A stretch of 63,124 nucleotides of DNA, counting the filler, from Octopus bimaculoides (taxonomy: Eukaryota), in NCBI RefSeq assembly GCF_001194135.2. It is 7 parts of 6 records of this genome, joined end to end, with 100 filler letters (N's around TTAATTAATTAA, not from the genome) between each part and the next. Parts side by side here need not be neighbours in the genome. Positions count along the whole stretch, not along the records: positions 1 to 18,229 come from NC_068991.1; positions 18,330 to 35,907 come from NC_068995.1; 5 more parts are not named here. One strand, 5' to 3'. Both the position numbers and the translations under genes were made by a program. Below are positions 12,415-25,880 of the stretch, piece by piece. The first letter of the stretch is position 1, and the number at the start of each line of letters is the position of its first letter. The notes under the pieces were generated by a model. It saw only the letters and a program-made list of their open reading frames with translations, ran no database searches and was not told the origin of the DNA.

Positions 12415-12635
12415 GAGGCGGTGAGCTGGCAGAAACGTTAGCACGTCGAGCGAAATGCTTAGCAGTATATTTCGTCTGTCTTTACGTTCTAAGTTCAAAT
12501 TCCGCCGGGGTTGACTTTGCCTTTCATCCTTTCTGGGTCGATAAACTAAGTACCAGTTGCGTACTGGGGTCGATGTAATCGACTGGGCCCTCTCTCCCAA
12601 AATTTCGGGCCTTGTGCCTAGAGTATAAAACAATT
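12415..12635 (+). mobile_element. SINE family B
   Basis: GGCGGTGAGCTGGCAGAAACGTTAGC...CAAAATTTCGGGCCTTGTGCCTAG. Confidence 0.85.
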
Positions 12636-12799
12636 ATGTGGTCATAGGACATGCTAAAAGTAGCTGGTGAAATTATAAACCCACTTATCAGCAGAAATAA
12701 AGTTGTCGTTCAGAAACAAAGATTCATGATCTCAAAGTCAGTAAATTATTGCCCCTTCAGGATCAGTTGTAATGCTGGTATGTAATACATCCATTCAGC

Positions 12800-13030
12800 A
12801 GGCGCGTCCATGAGTGGTTAGGGTGTTGCACATACGATCGCAAGGCCATGCTTTTGATTCTTGGGACGGGCTGTGCGTTATATTCTTGAGCAAAACTCTT
12901 CATTCTAAGTTACTCCACCCCACTCGGTTGTAAATGAATAACTCTGCGACAGGATGGCGTTCCGTTCCGTCGCCGATCACAACCGTCATGGAAACCGAGT
13001 AACCAGCCCTATCAGTCCTACGACTCGAGA
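12800..13030 (+). mobile_element. SINE with family D head/CORE-like segment but different tail; second copy ~38920-39150
   Basis: Shared head and TTCTTGAGCAAAAC segment; tail GGAAACCGAGTAACCAGCCCTATCAGTC matches GGAAACTGGGAAACCAGCCCTATGAGTC at ~39105. Confidence 0.6.
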
Positions 13031-13724
13031 CAGTAATGCCCAAGAGCTGATGATAATCAAAGGCTTTGCGATGAAACTAGACTAAAAATTGTCAATTTAC
13101 ATTGTAATTGTAAAGAAGGTTATTAATAAGTGGTGCTTTGCCTGGTAAGATGTTTGTTAATAACCAGAGTTAAGCTAGAACCAGTCATTTAAAATTTTCC
13201 TATTATTTTACAAAAGACGAGGTTTCGACGGGGTTTCATGTTAGATTGCTTGTTCAATGACAACTAATAAATATAGGGTCAAACATTTAATAAAATCGAG
13301 ATTTACTTAACACAGCCAGTATTTAGTGATGGACAGTTACACATTCCATTCCCTTGAGCTTGGAAGTAACTGATGTTATTAGGGTAGTTAATAGCTAAGC
13401 AAGGAAAGCAAAGTTGAAAGAGTAATCTCTTAACTTAAAACACTGTTTTATAAGGGAGTATAAAATTAAAGGTATCAATTAATGATATGGATAATGATAG
13501 TTAATGGTGTAATGAATCTAATGATACAAATAATTATACGAATATAAACAGTGTAATGAATGTAATGTAATTAATGAGTAGGTGTTGCGGCAATATAAAA
13601 ATAACTTAATTTTTCTTCTCGTTTATCCACCCATGAGCGATTAATTTCTTTCATGAAACTATGACTATTAGAATAAATATATCCCAGAGTAATTGTTACA
13701 TTATGCTTTAAATGTAAACAATAT

Positions 13725-14072
13725 GCGTAGGAGTGGCTGTGTGGTAAGTAGCTTGCTTACCAACCACATGGTCCCGGGTTCAGTCCCACTGCGTGGCATC
13801 TTGGGCAAGTGCCTTCTACTATAGCCTCGGGCCGACCAATGCCTTGTGAGTGGATTTGGTAGACGGAAACTGAAAGAAGCCCGTCGTATATGTGTATATA
13901 TATGTGTATGTGTGTGTGTGTTTGTATGTCTGTGTTTGTCCCCCCAACATCGCTTGACAACCGATGCTGGTGTGTTTATGTCCCCGTAACTTAGTGGTTC
14001 GGCTATAGAGACCGATAGAATAAGTACTAGGCTTCCAAAGAATAAGTCCTGGGGTCGATTTCTTCGACTAAA
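13725..14072 (+). mobile_element. SINE family A copy, 3' end lost in gap
   Basis: Near-consensus head, CCTTGGGCAAGTG-type motif, centre and right module. Confidence 0.85.
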
Positions 14073-14533
14073 NNNNNNNNNNNNNNNNNNNNNNNNNNNN
14101 NNNNNNNNNNNNNNNNNNNNNNNNNNNNNNNNNNNNNNNNNNNNNNNNNNNNNNNNNNNNNNNNNNNNNNNNNNNNNNNNNNNNNNNNNNNNNNNNNNNN
14201 NNNNNNNNNNNNNNNNNNNNNNNNNNNNNNNNNNNNNNNNNNNNNNNNNNNNNNNNNNNNNNNNNNNNNNNNNNNNNNNNNNNNNNNNNNNNNNNNNNNN
14301 NNNNNNNNNNNNNNNNNNNNNNNNNNNNNNNNNNNNNNNNNNNNNNNNNNNNNNNNNNNNNNNNNNNNNNNNNNNNNNNNNNNNNNNNNNNNNNNNNNNN
14401 NNNNNNNNNNNNNNNNNNNNNNNNNNNNNNNNNNNNNNNNNNNNNNNNNNNNNNNNNNNNNNNNNNNNNNNNNNNNNNNNNNNNNNNNNNNNNNNNNNNN
14501 NNNNNNNNNNNNNNNNNNNNNNNNNNNNNNNNN

Positions 14534-14575
<42 letters not shown>

Positions 14576-16304
14576 TACACTGGAGAATACGGTTTTTGTT
14601 GTCTGGTGTTGGGGAAATAATTGCCCAGAAGTTTTGGGATGCTGATTTCGAGACGAAGTCCATTTTGCTCTATAACGTCAAGATTTTTCACAAATTAAAA
14701 TATCATTTTTGAACATTTCCGGTATCGTCACCATTTCTTAGGATATATATGGCTTCATGAAAAGCAGACCCGTGTATGGAGCTTAATATAACTTTGAAAA
14801 CAAATTTTTTTTTTCACAAATGCAATCGTAAATAATAATTTAATGTGAATTGAATATACTCCTTTTGTGAGAAACAAACATTAATTTTTAATGATTAATG
14901 TTAGAAAGTTTAATAAGGGATTCAAATTTCACCCCCTTCCCCAATTTTAAATTTTGAACTTTTTCATCCATATATTTATTTGTCTGTCTATCTATTCATC
15001 CCTGTCCGTTTATTTATAAGATATATTTGTCAACTAAATGTGGTGGTCCTATAGAAGACGATGTTGCTGTTGTTTTTAGCCCCAGGAAGACATTCATATC
15101 TATCTATCTCTTTATACACATATCTATATGCTTATTGAATTTAAAATTTTGAAAACGTGGTTTCTTGAAGACGTAGGGAAAAAAAATTTCGAAAACGTTC
15201 AAAATTTTAAGTGGGTAGGGAGTGGGGTTAAAATTGTTTTCTTTTTTTGCATATTCGTAATCTCCGACATCTAAAACTTGGGGGTCCGAAAATTTTTTTT
15301 TTAAAAATGTATTTTTCACGGAGCGGTACGAAACTGCATTAGCCCACAGAATTGTTCTGAGTTATGCATGTGTGCCTGTGTNNNNNNNNNNNNNNNNNNN
15401 NNNNNNNNNNNNNNNNNNNNNNNNNNNNNNNNNNNNNNNNNNNNNNNNNNNNNNNNNNNNNNNNNNNNNNNNNNNNNNNNNNNNNNNNNNNNNNNNNNNN
15501 NNNNNNNNNNNNNNNNNNNNNNNNNNNNNNNNNNNNNNNNNNNNNNNNNNNNNNNNNNNNNNNNNNNNNNNNNNNNNNNNNNNNNNNNNNNNNNNNNNNN
15601 NNNNNNNNNNNNNNNNNNNNNNNNNNNNNNNNNNNNNNNNNNNNNNNNNNNNNNNNNNNNNNNNNNNNNNNNNNNNNNNNNNNNNNNNNNNNNNNNNNNN
15701 NNNNNNNNNNNNNNNNNNNNNNNNNNNNNNNNNNNNNNNNNNNNNNNNNNNNNNNNNNNNNNNNNNNNNNNNNNNNNNNNNNNNNNNNNNNNNNNNNNNN
15801 NNNNNNNNNNNNNNNNNNNNNNNNNNNNNNNNNNNNNNNNNNNNNNNNNNNNNNNNNNNNNNNNNNNNNNNNNNNNNNNNNNNNNNNNNNNNNNNNNNNN
15901 NNNNNNNNNNNNNNNNNNNNNNNNNNNNNNNNNNNNNNNNNNNNNNNNNNNNNNNNNNNNNNNNNNNNNNNNNNNNNNNNNNNNNNNNNNNNNNNNNNNN
16001 NNNNNNNNNNNNNNNNNNNNNNNNNNNNNNNNNNNNNNNNNNNNNNNNNNNNNNNNNNNNNNNNNNNNNNNNNNNNNNNNNNNNNNNNNNNNNNNNNNNN
16101 NNNNNNNNNNNNNNNNNNNNNNNNNNNNNNNNNNNNNNNNNNNNNNNNNNNNNNNNNNNNNNNNNNNNNNNNNNNNNNNNNNNNNNNNNNNNNNNNNNNN
16201 NNNNNNNNNNNNNNNNNNNNNNNNNNNNNNNNNNNNNTAATAAATCAAGAATGTATATTGTATGGTATTTAATATGCCTGTATTTCTCTATGTCGTTCAT
16301 ATAC

Positions 16305-16680
16305 AGGCAATGGCCTAGTGGTTAGGGCAACGGACTCGCAGTCGTAGAATCGTGGTTTCGATTCCCAGACCGGGCGTTGTGAGTGTTTATTGAATGAAAA
16401 CACTTAAAACTCCACGAAGCTCCGGAAGGGGGTGGTGACGAATCCTGCTGTACTCTTTCACCACAACTTTATCTCACTCTTTCTTCCTGCTTCTGTTGTG
16501 CTTGTAATTCAAAGGGTCAGCCTTGTCACACTGTGTCATGCTGAATATCCCCGAGAACTACGTTAAGGGTACACGTGTCTGTGGAGTGCTCAGCCACTTG
16601 CACGTTAATTTCACGAGCAGGCTGTTCCGTCGATCGTATCAGCTGGGTCCTTCGTCGTCGTAACCGACGGAGTGTTCCAT
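16305..16680 (+). mobile_element. SINE family C (tRNA head)
   Basis: GGCAATGGCCTAGTGGTTAGG A-box, GGTTTCGATTCC B-box, 3' tail ...CTTCGTCGTCGTAACCGACGGAGTG; homologous to 33438-33816. Confidence 0.85.
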
Positions 16681-16849
16681 TGTACCTATATATGCGCACA
16701 CACATAGTATTTTCATACACAACACGCATACAGAGTCAACACAGCAGATTAGCCTCGTTGTGGAATGTTGTTTACTTGAGAACAGCGACAAGTTGATAGA
16801 ATTAGGTATTGAGGGGGTGACAATCTAGATGGGTGTGCGGGAGGGTCAA

Positions 16850-16888
16850 AAGTTGTGGTGGTGGTGGTGGTGGTGGGGGTTGCTATGA

Positions 16889-16919
<31 letters not shown>

Positions 16920-17257
16920 ATTATTGTTGTTGGTAGAGGTGGTGGTTATGGTAACGGATGGGCAAACAATGGGAGGGTAAGATGAATGAAGAAGAGAAAG
17001 AAAGTGATAAAAAATTGGAATGGGGGGGGGAGACGGTGGAATGTCAGAGAGAGTGAGAGAGAGAGAGAGAGAGAGAGTGAGAGAGAGAGAGAGAGTAGAG
17101 AAGAAATAAAAAGCAGATGTGACGAAGAAGAAGAAGAATAAGAAGGAGAAGAAGGAGAAGGAAAAGATGATGATGATTGTGGGGATGGTGATGGTAGTAG
17201 CGGTGTTGGCGATGGTAACGATAATGGTGGTTGTAGTGATAATGGTGGAATTGCTGC

Positions 17258-17289
<32 letters not shown>

Positions 17290-17425
17290 ATGGTGATGAT
17301 GATGGTGATGATGATAGTGGTGGTGGTGGTAATGGCGGTTTTGATGATGATGATGAAGATGACAACGACGACGACAAAGATGATGATGATGATGATGATG
17401 ATAATGATGATGATGACGTCGACGA
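16850..17425. repeat. Compound simple repeats (GGT, GTT, GA, GAA, GCT, GAT)
   Basis: Visible trinucleotide/dinucleotide runs. Confidence 0.95.
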
Positions 17426-18192
17426 CGATTTTGGAAGCAGGAAAAGGCAAGAACGTTGTATTGGTGCCGTAAAGGGAACCGATCCATAGACGTGAAATGA
17501 AATGTTTATATTGGGGCAAGATGGCTGCGAAAGAGATTAATCAATTAGACGAGAATAAAGGGTTAACATGTTACGATGGGTTAACATTTAATCACAGATC
17601 AACGTCAATTTATGAACAAGCATGTGATTGTGGGTGAACATGTAATAATCTTTCTAACTTTTGCGCAATGCCAGCAATTCTGAGAGGAGGGTCGTACATA
17701 CAACATACATAAATACATACATACTATATACATACATACATACATATATACATACATACATACATATATACATACATACATACACCATGCATACGTACAT
17801 ACACTATATATACATACATACATGCGTACATACATACACACATATGTATACACATATGTACGTACATACATATACATGCATGCGCACATACATATACACA
17901 TACCTACATACATACATATATTCATAATACATTACGAAGCTGTGCGTTTAACAAATTGCGTTATATCTTGAAGTTAAGTTCTGGAGGAGTGTAATGTCAT
18001 TTCTCGCCATGTCTCTCTTATACAGGATACGTGAGTGAAAGATTTGAATTTTGTTGGGTTCCGAAAGATAAGGAAAAGACGATAAGAATATGTTACGTCG
18101 GTTCTACATCCTTGTTGCAGGTTGAAACATATATACTGTTTACCTAAAATGTGTTGTAGCAAATCGAGAATAATAAATGGGATATATGTGTA

Positions 18193-18229
<37 letters not shown>

Positions 18230-18329
18230 NNNNNNNNNNNNNNNNNNNNNNNNNNNNNNNNNNNNNNNNNNNNTTAATTAATTAANNNNNNNNNNNNNNN
18301 NNNNNNNNNNNNNNNNNNNNNNNNNNNNN
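18230..18329. other. Artificial scaffold linker N44-TTAATTAATTAA-N44 (12-mers also at 35952, 45996, 53174, 57254, 61866)
   Basis: Identical 12-mer with stops in all six frames, centred in a 100-bp N block, six times. Confidence 0.95.
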
Positions 18330-19151
18330 TTATATATATAGATATTCAGCACTTTTTCTACTTTTGCTTGTACATTTTGAATTTATAAATATGGGAAATT
18401 TAATTTTTTTTGCCATAAAAAAAGTTACTTCTTTTAAAATTTCCTTTGTTCTTTCTTCTCTTCTTTTGATGGTACCTCCAAGGAACAGGTAGCGACCGAC
18501 AATTTGAAGTTTCATTGGTATCCTGCAGTTTTTTCCAAAGAATGCTCTTCTAGAGGAACAGGTCTTCTTTTCATATTTGAGTCTTGAAATTGCACGAGAT
18601 TCTTCGTCCAGATTTTTTATTTATTTGAGTGACACAAGCACTTTTATGAGACATTATTTTAGATACTCTAGTTGGATAAGCCTACTATTATGAAAAACAG
18701 TTAATATAGTCAAAGTTTTTAGTATCACAGAACTAAAAAGGAGAGGAAGAGGATATTTCCTAAAGTAGGGCCAAAGTAGTAACAAATTAAAAACTCTATA
18801 ACTCTTTAAGCTACTTAAACGTGAAAGCTGAAATTTGAGATATGCTGCTTCTGCATTGCATTAAGTTAGCTCACCAAGTTTGATAGTAGGTATTATGAAC
18901 CCCACTAGAATTTTACATGATTTGGGTAAAAATTGGTGTTAGATTTCTTCAGTTGGGGATGATTTTTTTCAAAACTTTCTCTTCCAACATAATAACCGGT
19001 TTTGTTATCGCTTTTTAAATTATGAGTTTTGAATGAATTTCTGCATTAGACATTTTATTTGCTAGGGAGAATAATTGGTAACCAAGGTATTTTACAGTAA
19101 AGGGGTAGTAAATCTGTAATTTTTTATATTGGTCTACATTTGATTCTTACA

Positions 19152-21077
19152 CTAGTTGGGGTAAATCTTTAATTTTAAATATGGGTTTATATTTAATTCC
19201 GGCTTATATTTTTCGATAAATGAAGTCTCTTTATTTAGTCGTACTTGCGTTGAGATCCAAATAGCAAATTGATATAATAGGAAGATCAGGAATTGTGGGT
19301 GCAGTTGTTCTGCACATCTATCAATGTGTTCACTGAGATACATCTGGCGATATTGTGGGGAGAATATCTGTTGTTTGTGGACCGTACATCTCCGTCTGAT
19401 CGACATTCCTGTCGACCCTATATAGTTTTTATGTCAGCTCAAGCATCTGATAACATAAATGAAGTTTTCAGAGGCGCAAGTGAAGTTGGATTTAACTTTG
19501 AATTTTTGCCCTTGTCTAAAATGGAATTCTGATCCCTCCAAAAGACTGGGACTTTTCCGCAGTTAGGATGAGCACACTTTTTTTTACTTTAGCGCCCGTT
19601 CTTCTTGAAAATAATTTAGCATTTGTTAGGATCTGCTTTAATGTCTGTTGTTTACTGCTTTTAATGATTTTATGGGTACGTAAAATTTCCTTCAGTTTGG
19701 GGTCCTTCTGGAGTATTGGGAGATTTTGGACAATGCTTCTTTGTTTCTGGGGTTGTATGCGGAGGTATAAGGTGGTGTTTTCAGAATAGGTGTGTTATTG
19801 TGTTCGACTTTTCTTAATGTTTTCATACCAATCGATTTTGCACGTTTAATCTCTTCATTCAAGAGTTGAATTGGGTAATGTCTGCCCTGGAGTACATTTT
19901 AAGCTCTTGCAATCTTAGTTCTCTGGTATTTGTTTTTGGATACTATGGTGCAAATCCTTCTTGCAAGGTTGAAGGGTTAGGGGATATTCGTTTTGATATA
20001 TCTCGGGTGGCATGAGCTAAATAATAGATATTGTTTAGCGTTTTTGGTTTTGAAAAAAAATGTCCGTTTCTATTTTTTGTTTATTTTTTTAACCAGCATG
20101 TCTAGGAATGGGAGTTCCTCTTGGTTGCGTTCCATTGTAAATTGTATGTTGGTGTTAATGCTATTAAGGAGTCTTTTGAATTCCAGGAGTTTATGTCGTC
20201 ATTCCAGAGGATGAAGCAGTCGTCCAAATATCTTTTCCAATTTTCTTTTGTGTATTGGGAAAGAGGGTTTCCAAATTTAGAAAATGACTCTTGACATATT
20301 GTTATTTCTAAATAGCCCATTGTTAGGTTAGCAATGGTTAGGGCTGCTCTGATTCCGGATTTTTGGCGATAAATGGTGGTGTCGAACACGAAGTGGTTGT
20401 TTTGAAGGATAAATCTTATTGATTCTTTGTTGATCCGTTCTGGTATTTCTTCTGGATGTTTGTCCAGCCAGAACCGATTGCTTCTATTCCATAATCATGG
20501 GGTATGTTAATGTATAGGTTTATCACATCAAATGTAACCATGACTGTTTCTTCCTTAACCTTTTTCTGGTAGGTGATTTAACTTATCAAAGTCATCTTTA
20601 ATATAACTTTTGATGTGTTTTAGAAAAGGTTTCAGGAGGATGTCCATGAGGCAACTTAATCGATGCGTTTCACAGGATGATCCAGCTATAATAGGCCATA
20701 ATTTTAGGTCTCCTGGTGCTGGTGTATGTATGTTTGCCTTTGGTGAATTTTTGATGGCTTCGTTTATAGTTTGGCTTTTGTGAATTTTCGGTAGTCCATA
20801 GAATAGACTGGGCTTACATTTAAAGTTTGTTAGATAGTCTTTTTTTNNNNNNNNNNNNNNNNNNNNNNNNNNNNNNNNNNNNNTTGGATTAGTGTTCGTC
20901 ATTATTTAGTACGGATACTACTAGATCTATGTAGTAAAATGTTCCTTTTACCACTACTGCACTCCTTTTATCCGCTTCTTTGATTGTTATTTCTTCATTG
21001 TTTTGTAGTTCAGTTAGTTCTTTCCATTGGATGGTGCTGAAGTTTGAAATGAATATACTGTTACGACAATAAAACAT
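19152..21077 (-). mobile_element. Penelope-like retroelement, degraded RT + C-terminal GIY-YIG endonuclease
   Basis: In order: ELQNNEEITIKEADK, LFYGLPKIHK, PIIAGSSCET, VTFDVINLY, WKRYLDDCFILW, LPFLDMLV, then NFIYVIRCLS*HKNYIGSTG...VHKQQI...LSEHI...KETSFIEKYKPELN*. Multiple stops and frameshifts. Confidence 0.9.
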
Positions 21078-21799
21078 AGAAAAGTTGTGCCATCCTCTGA
21101 AAGCCTAAAAAAGGAATGGCTTGAAAATACAACCTCTACAATTATAGGTATCTCTGGTAACAATTATAGATATCTCTGACAAAAGAGAATGTCAGATATG
21201 ATGGGTTCATAAATGAGAAAACCAGAAATGAATACCTTAAAGAGTAAAGAGAATAAGGTAATCAGTATTCTCAGCTCATAACAAACATATTGCCCACAAC
21301 ACCTTTACAGTGCCTGTCCTCACGCCTACATTTGGCCTTCTGAACTGGTAACTACAAGAACTGAATGAGATAGATGTTCGAACTCACGAGCTGCTCAGTG
21401 TTACAGAAATCTTCAGCATAAATGGGGGTGAAGACAAGCTATACTTCCCACGTCAAGAAGGCGGCCGTAGTCTCAAATCTGTACTATTGTCATATGAAGC
21501 ATGGATTGTGACTGAAACAACACCTGCAGCAGAGAAAAGACATCAATAACTGTCTTGCCCAAGCTTGTTATCATGAAACCAACAACATACTCTTTCTTTT
21601 ACTGTTTTATTTGTTTCAGTAATTTGACTGCGGCCACGCTGGAGCACCACCTTTAGTCGAGCAAATCGACCTCAGGACTTATTCTTTGTAAGCCTAGTAC
21701 TTATTCTATCGGTCTCTTTTGCCGAACCACTAAGTTACGGGGGCGTAAACACACTAGTACCGGTTGTCAAGCGATGTTGGGGGGACAAACACAGACACA

Positions 21800-21837
<38 letters not shown>

Positions 21838-22950
21838 NNNNNNNNNNNNNNNNNNNNNNATATACGACGGGCTTCTTTCAGCTTCTGTCTACCAAATCCA
21901 CTCACAAAGCTTTGGTCGGCCCGAGGCTATAGCAGAAGATACTTGCCCAAGGTGCCACGCAGTAGGACTGAACCCGGAACCATGTGGTTGGTAAGTAAGC
22001 TACTTACCACACAGCCACTCGTGCGCCTATTATTAGGATAGCTAAGGAACTTGAGGAGAGATAAGCAATAAGAACTGATACAGAGTCCTCTCCGAGGAGC
22101 ATTGGTAAAAATCTATCTGAACAACAGAACAAAAGTGAACCAATTCACTGAGTGGTGCATACGTACTTGGCACGAAAAACAAAAAAACATAGAAGTGATC
22201 GATCATGTCAGAAGCTTGGCATGGAGTACCGACAAGTTTGTAATATCCCACTTTGAAGGCTACATCCATGCAATCCAAGAGAAAGGGATCCCCACCATGT
22301 ATCTACGGTATAAAAGGCAGAAAACGTTGACAGACAACAAATGTAGGTAGTTCAAAACCAAAACCGAAATCATCAACCACATAATTGCCATCAGTGAGAG
22401 AATATCTTCCCAGAATGTCTTCGTAGAATTTCTGTGAGAGAATTATCTTCCTATGAGGTATGATACGGTGGCCAAAACGGTCTGGAACAAGATAACAAGA
22501 AAAGATAATATCTACTAAAGAAGTTGACCATATTAAGACCGATGGGTCAAAAGAATACAGGTGGAACTTAAAAATTAAAACAGCCACCATGTTAAACCTC
22601 AACCGGCCTGATATTTTTGTGTAGTACCATAAAGAAAAGGCATTTTCTGTTGTGGAAATTAGTTGCTACCTAGACACGAATGTGATTGGAAAAACACAAG
22701 AGAAAGATGACATCTATGGGCCTTTGATAAGGAATTTGCAAATCTAGTACCAAAGATATACATTCAGATTCATACCCATTTTTATTGGAGCAACAGGATA
22801 CATGCTAACCTGTCTGGAGAAAAGTATGACTGAACTTGGAATCTTGGCGGGGAGAACGTAAATCCTTAATTCATGAACTACAAATGATAGCAATATCTGG
22901 GACTATAAAAATTTGTAAGATCTTCTTAAGATTTAAAGGACAATGGTTAA
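21078..22950 (+). mobile_element. R4/Dong-like RLE-type non-LTR retrotransposon 3' part, interrupted by a SINE
   Basis: RVKRI...HNTFTVPVLTPTFGLLNW...DKLYFPRQEGGRSLKS (21240-21480), degenerate zinc knuckle KCR...INHII (~22340), RLE motif NRPDIFV...VVEISC...FIPIFIGATG (22600-22800). Confidence 0.8.
21588..22027 (-). mobile_element. SINE family A full copy inserted in R4-like LINE
   Basis: Reverse complement of family A; LINE coding remnants on both sides. Confidence 0.85.
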
Positions 22951-23139
22951 ATCATGATACTTTCCTTCACAATTTTTCTACCAAGTCGGTGGTCGCTCAA
23001 AATTTACTCTAAGCTAAAAAAATAAAAAGGCAAAGAGACTACACATACATATAAACACATGTACACATATACATGCATATATACATACATGCAAATATGC
23101 ATGCATACGTACATACATACATACATACATACATACATG

Positions 23140-23320
23140 TAGAGCAAAGCAGATGTGAATGAACAATCAAAAGTCCAGAAAAATGAACATTTTACACAAA
23201 AACCTATAAATACTCGGTTTTACGGGGGAAAAGCAAAAGAAACTGATGCAGATTATCCAAATCCAGTCTATCAGTAGCGCAGTAAAGATTTGTAAGATGC
23301 TTACGTGAATAGATGCTCAG
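23140..23320 (+). mobile_element. Second R4-like LINE extreme 3' fragment
   Basis: LGFTGEKQKKLMQIIQIQSISSAVKICKMLT* parallels ...ELQMIAISGTIKICKIFLRF at 22880-22940. Confidence 0.5.
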
Positions 23321-24074
23321 ACTTGGATGTATGCATCGACAGTTCAACCAACACACCAACTCTACCGTATATCTACAAACAGCAGGAACCTTAACTCAAA
23401 AAGGCTTGTTGCTTTGTTAGCAACGGGCTTGAAATTTTTGAAGAACTTAGATTAAACTCATGGAAAAATCATACATACATACATACATACATACATAAAA
23501 GCAAATCATTATAGATTATGATTACAAAGAAATTAGTAGGCAAAGTTTTGGAAGGGGACGGGATGGTGGAGTTTCTGGAAAACGGAGTTTCGGATCAGAC
23601 GACCCACATAAGTTCGAATTTCTCTATTTTGAGGGGGATTTTTTCCAATGTTTTTCACCAAAGTTTTCGGAATAATGGGAAGCATTTTTTCACGAAAAAA
23701 AAGAAGAAAAAATTTTGAAATTTTTTTTACTCCCGCCACCCCTCACCACCCCGGTCCGAAACGATTTTGACCATTTTTTTTTTTCACTACGCACTTAAAA
23801 CACGGTTGTAAATAATTGATTTAGATAAGAGTCAAAATGATAGCAAAATAAAAGGCACGTCTTATAGCTTCAAAAAATTTTATGATCAGAAAACGTTCAA
23901 TGTTCAATTTTATTGATTCAGAATAAGGAACAAACAACATGTATACTTTACATTGTACTGGAAATGAAAAACAAAATAAATTGAAGGTCTTTAATTGAAA
24001 GAGTTTCTCAAACGAGTACCACAGTTAAAATGTTCGAATATAGCAAAAGGTCATGAACGATTGCAGATTCCTGA

Positions 24075-25110
24075 AACTAGTTCTTCATCTCAGAAAGCCC
24101 GATTGACTTTTAGAAATAATTGCATTTCTAAATTCTTTGGTGTTTAGTATTGCCGAAAATCATTAAAGAGCGTGACCTGCTGAGCTGAAGCTGAGTTAGC
24201 ACTGTTTCTGCATGTTGTAAAATTTCCACGACTCCACTTTCAGAATTTGAGCCGTGCACAATGGCTGCCGATGGAAGCAAATATTTTTAAAAACTTATTG
24301 TAAGGATACAATGCGAGAATTTCGTCAAAAAGAATTCGAGCATCTCCCAAATCTATTTCTGTTCCTCGCAAAGCAACTGTTACTGAGCGTAATTTTACTA
24401 AATTGTCTTTTAGATTCTACAGATCATTATGATCGCATGGAGTCGATAGATAATCAACTAGCTTTGGATTACCTTGAAAAGTGTCTAAAAACGGCTTGAG
24501 TTGGATGTACTTCTCAATCATGTCATAAGTACTGGACCAACGGGTTTTCTTTGTATAGGTTGCAAAGACGTTTCTTCCTGAAGTTTACCCGCAAGTTTTA
24601 ATGGTTTTAGCATGCCCATCAACATATTAATTTTATCAAGCAGAACTTCCTGCTTGTCGAAATATGCAGAAACAGTTAGATTGTATTTATGAGAGGCACA
24701 TCCAATCAATGGTATTCTACACAAATTTGCTATAGATTTGTTCACTTCAGTATTATCTCCGGTAATAGCTACAATATTTTCTAAATTTTTGTTATAGATA
24801 CTTAACACTCTATCAGTTCGACATAATCAGAAGCAGTGAATGATATTTCAATTACCATTAACCAAAATGCCAGCAATCAGTACAATAGTCATTTTGATAA
24901 TTGCACGAATAAGATGCAAGAAATGCATCGAACCCTAAGTCTAACCATCGATTACCAACGAAAGTTTACTTGGAAGTTCAACAGATATTTTCTTTTCTAC
25001 TTCTTGAGTAAGTTTCTCCACGTATTTCTATGCGATCACATTTGTCATACTTTCCAAGTTTGTGTACTTACGAGTCAGCGGGTCTTCAGTAAAGGGAAAT
25101 GGTTTTAAAC
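24075..25110 (-). pseudogene. hAT-superfamily transposase remnant
   Basis: Across frameshifts/stops: LSLVIDG* (first D), AITGDNTEVN, LIGCASHKYNL (CxxH), KTRWSSTYDMIEKY, and C-terminal PKNLEMQLFLKVNRAF*DEE (hAT dimerisation-type motif). Confidence 0.8.
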
Positions 25111-25659
25111 CAATACATACTCACTCAATCCAACTATAAACATTTAAGGCCGAGCGACTGACCAAAGATGGTTGTCCAGTTGCTTGTGATATAGAATATT
25201 CTGGATGCTGTTTTATATATATATATATATGGTTCGTAAGATTTGTCCATCCAGTTCCGTTTTTCTAGGTCAACTTTTTTCCATTCTTGCATTTCCATAC
25301 ATATTCACTGTCTGTTTGGTTGAAATATTTTCTGACGATTTGCACGTTTTCACGCAGCATGGGTTAGTTCAAAATAAAAGATATTTCCCCATAGTTTAAA
25401 ATAGAAGGTATTTCGCCACTCCACTGCTGAAAGTCTGTTTCAGTTAATATATTGGTGCGGAATTCAAGATACAACAGCGTTGCAGGCGAAGTTACGATTT
25501 AATGACTTGAAGACAGAATGTGTGTATCATTCTCGGCAGTCAGAACCAAGAATCACTCGGTAGCAATTATTTGACAACGTACACAATTGTCAACTCCTAA
25601 GTACGACAGAATGTATGAATCATTCTCAACAGTCAGAACAAAGCGTCAACACAATACCT

Positions 25660-25880
25660 CAAATAATCCTTTCTACTGTAGGCACAAGGCCTGAAATTTG
25701 GTGGGAGGAGACTAGTCGATTACATCGACCCCAGTGTTTCACTGATACTTAATTTATCGACCCCAAAAGGATGAAAGGCAAAGTCGACCTCGGTAGAATT
25801 TAAATTCAGAACGTAGCGACAGGCGAAATACCGCTAAGCATTTCGTCTAGCGTGCTAACGATTCTACCTGCTCGCCACCT
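25660..25880 (-). mobile_element. SINE family B
   Basis: Full reverse-complement copy with (ATT) tail. Confidence 0.85.

Noticed and set aside
13025-13065. CTGATGA...GAAACTAG as a hammerhead
   Set aside because: No NUH site or stem I partner, and stem II needs two bulged bases.
16305-16380. tRNA genes at SINE heads (also 217, 33438, 56258)
   Set aside because: A/B boxes present but no complete cloverleaf, and each continues into a shared SINE body.
16749-17519. Poly-I/S/H/Q/M ORFs and the F/L/S-rich 61874-62974 'membrane protein' ORF
   Set aside because: Direct translation of trinucleotide and purine/pyrimidine tracts; no domain or splice support.
18274-18285. Recurrent TTAATTAATTAA palindrome (six copies) as a biological motif
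   Set aside because: Always centred in N44/N44 blocks and gives stops in all six frames; an assembly join marker.
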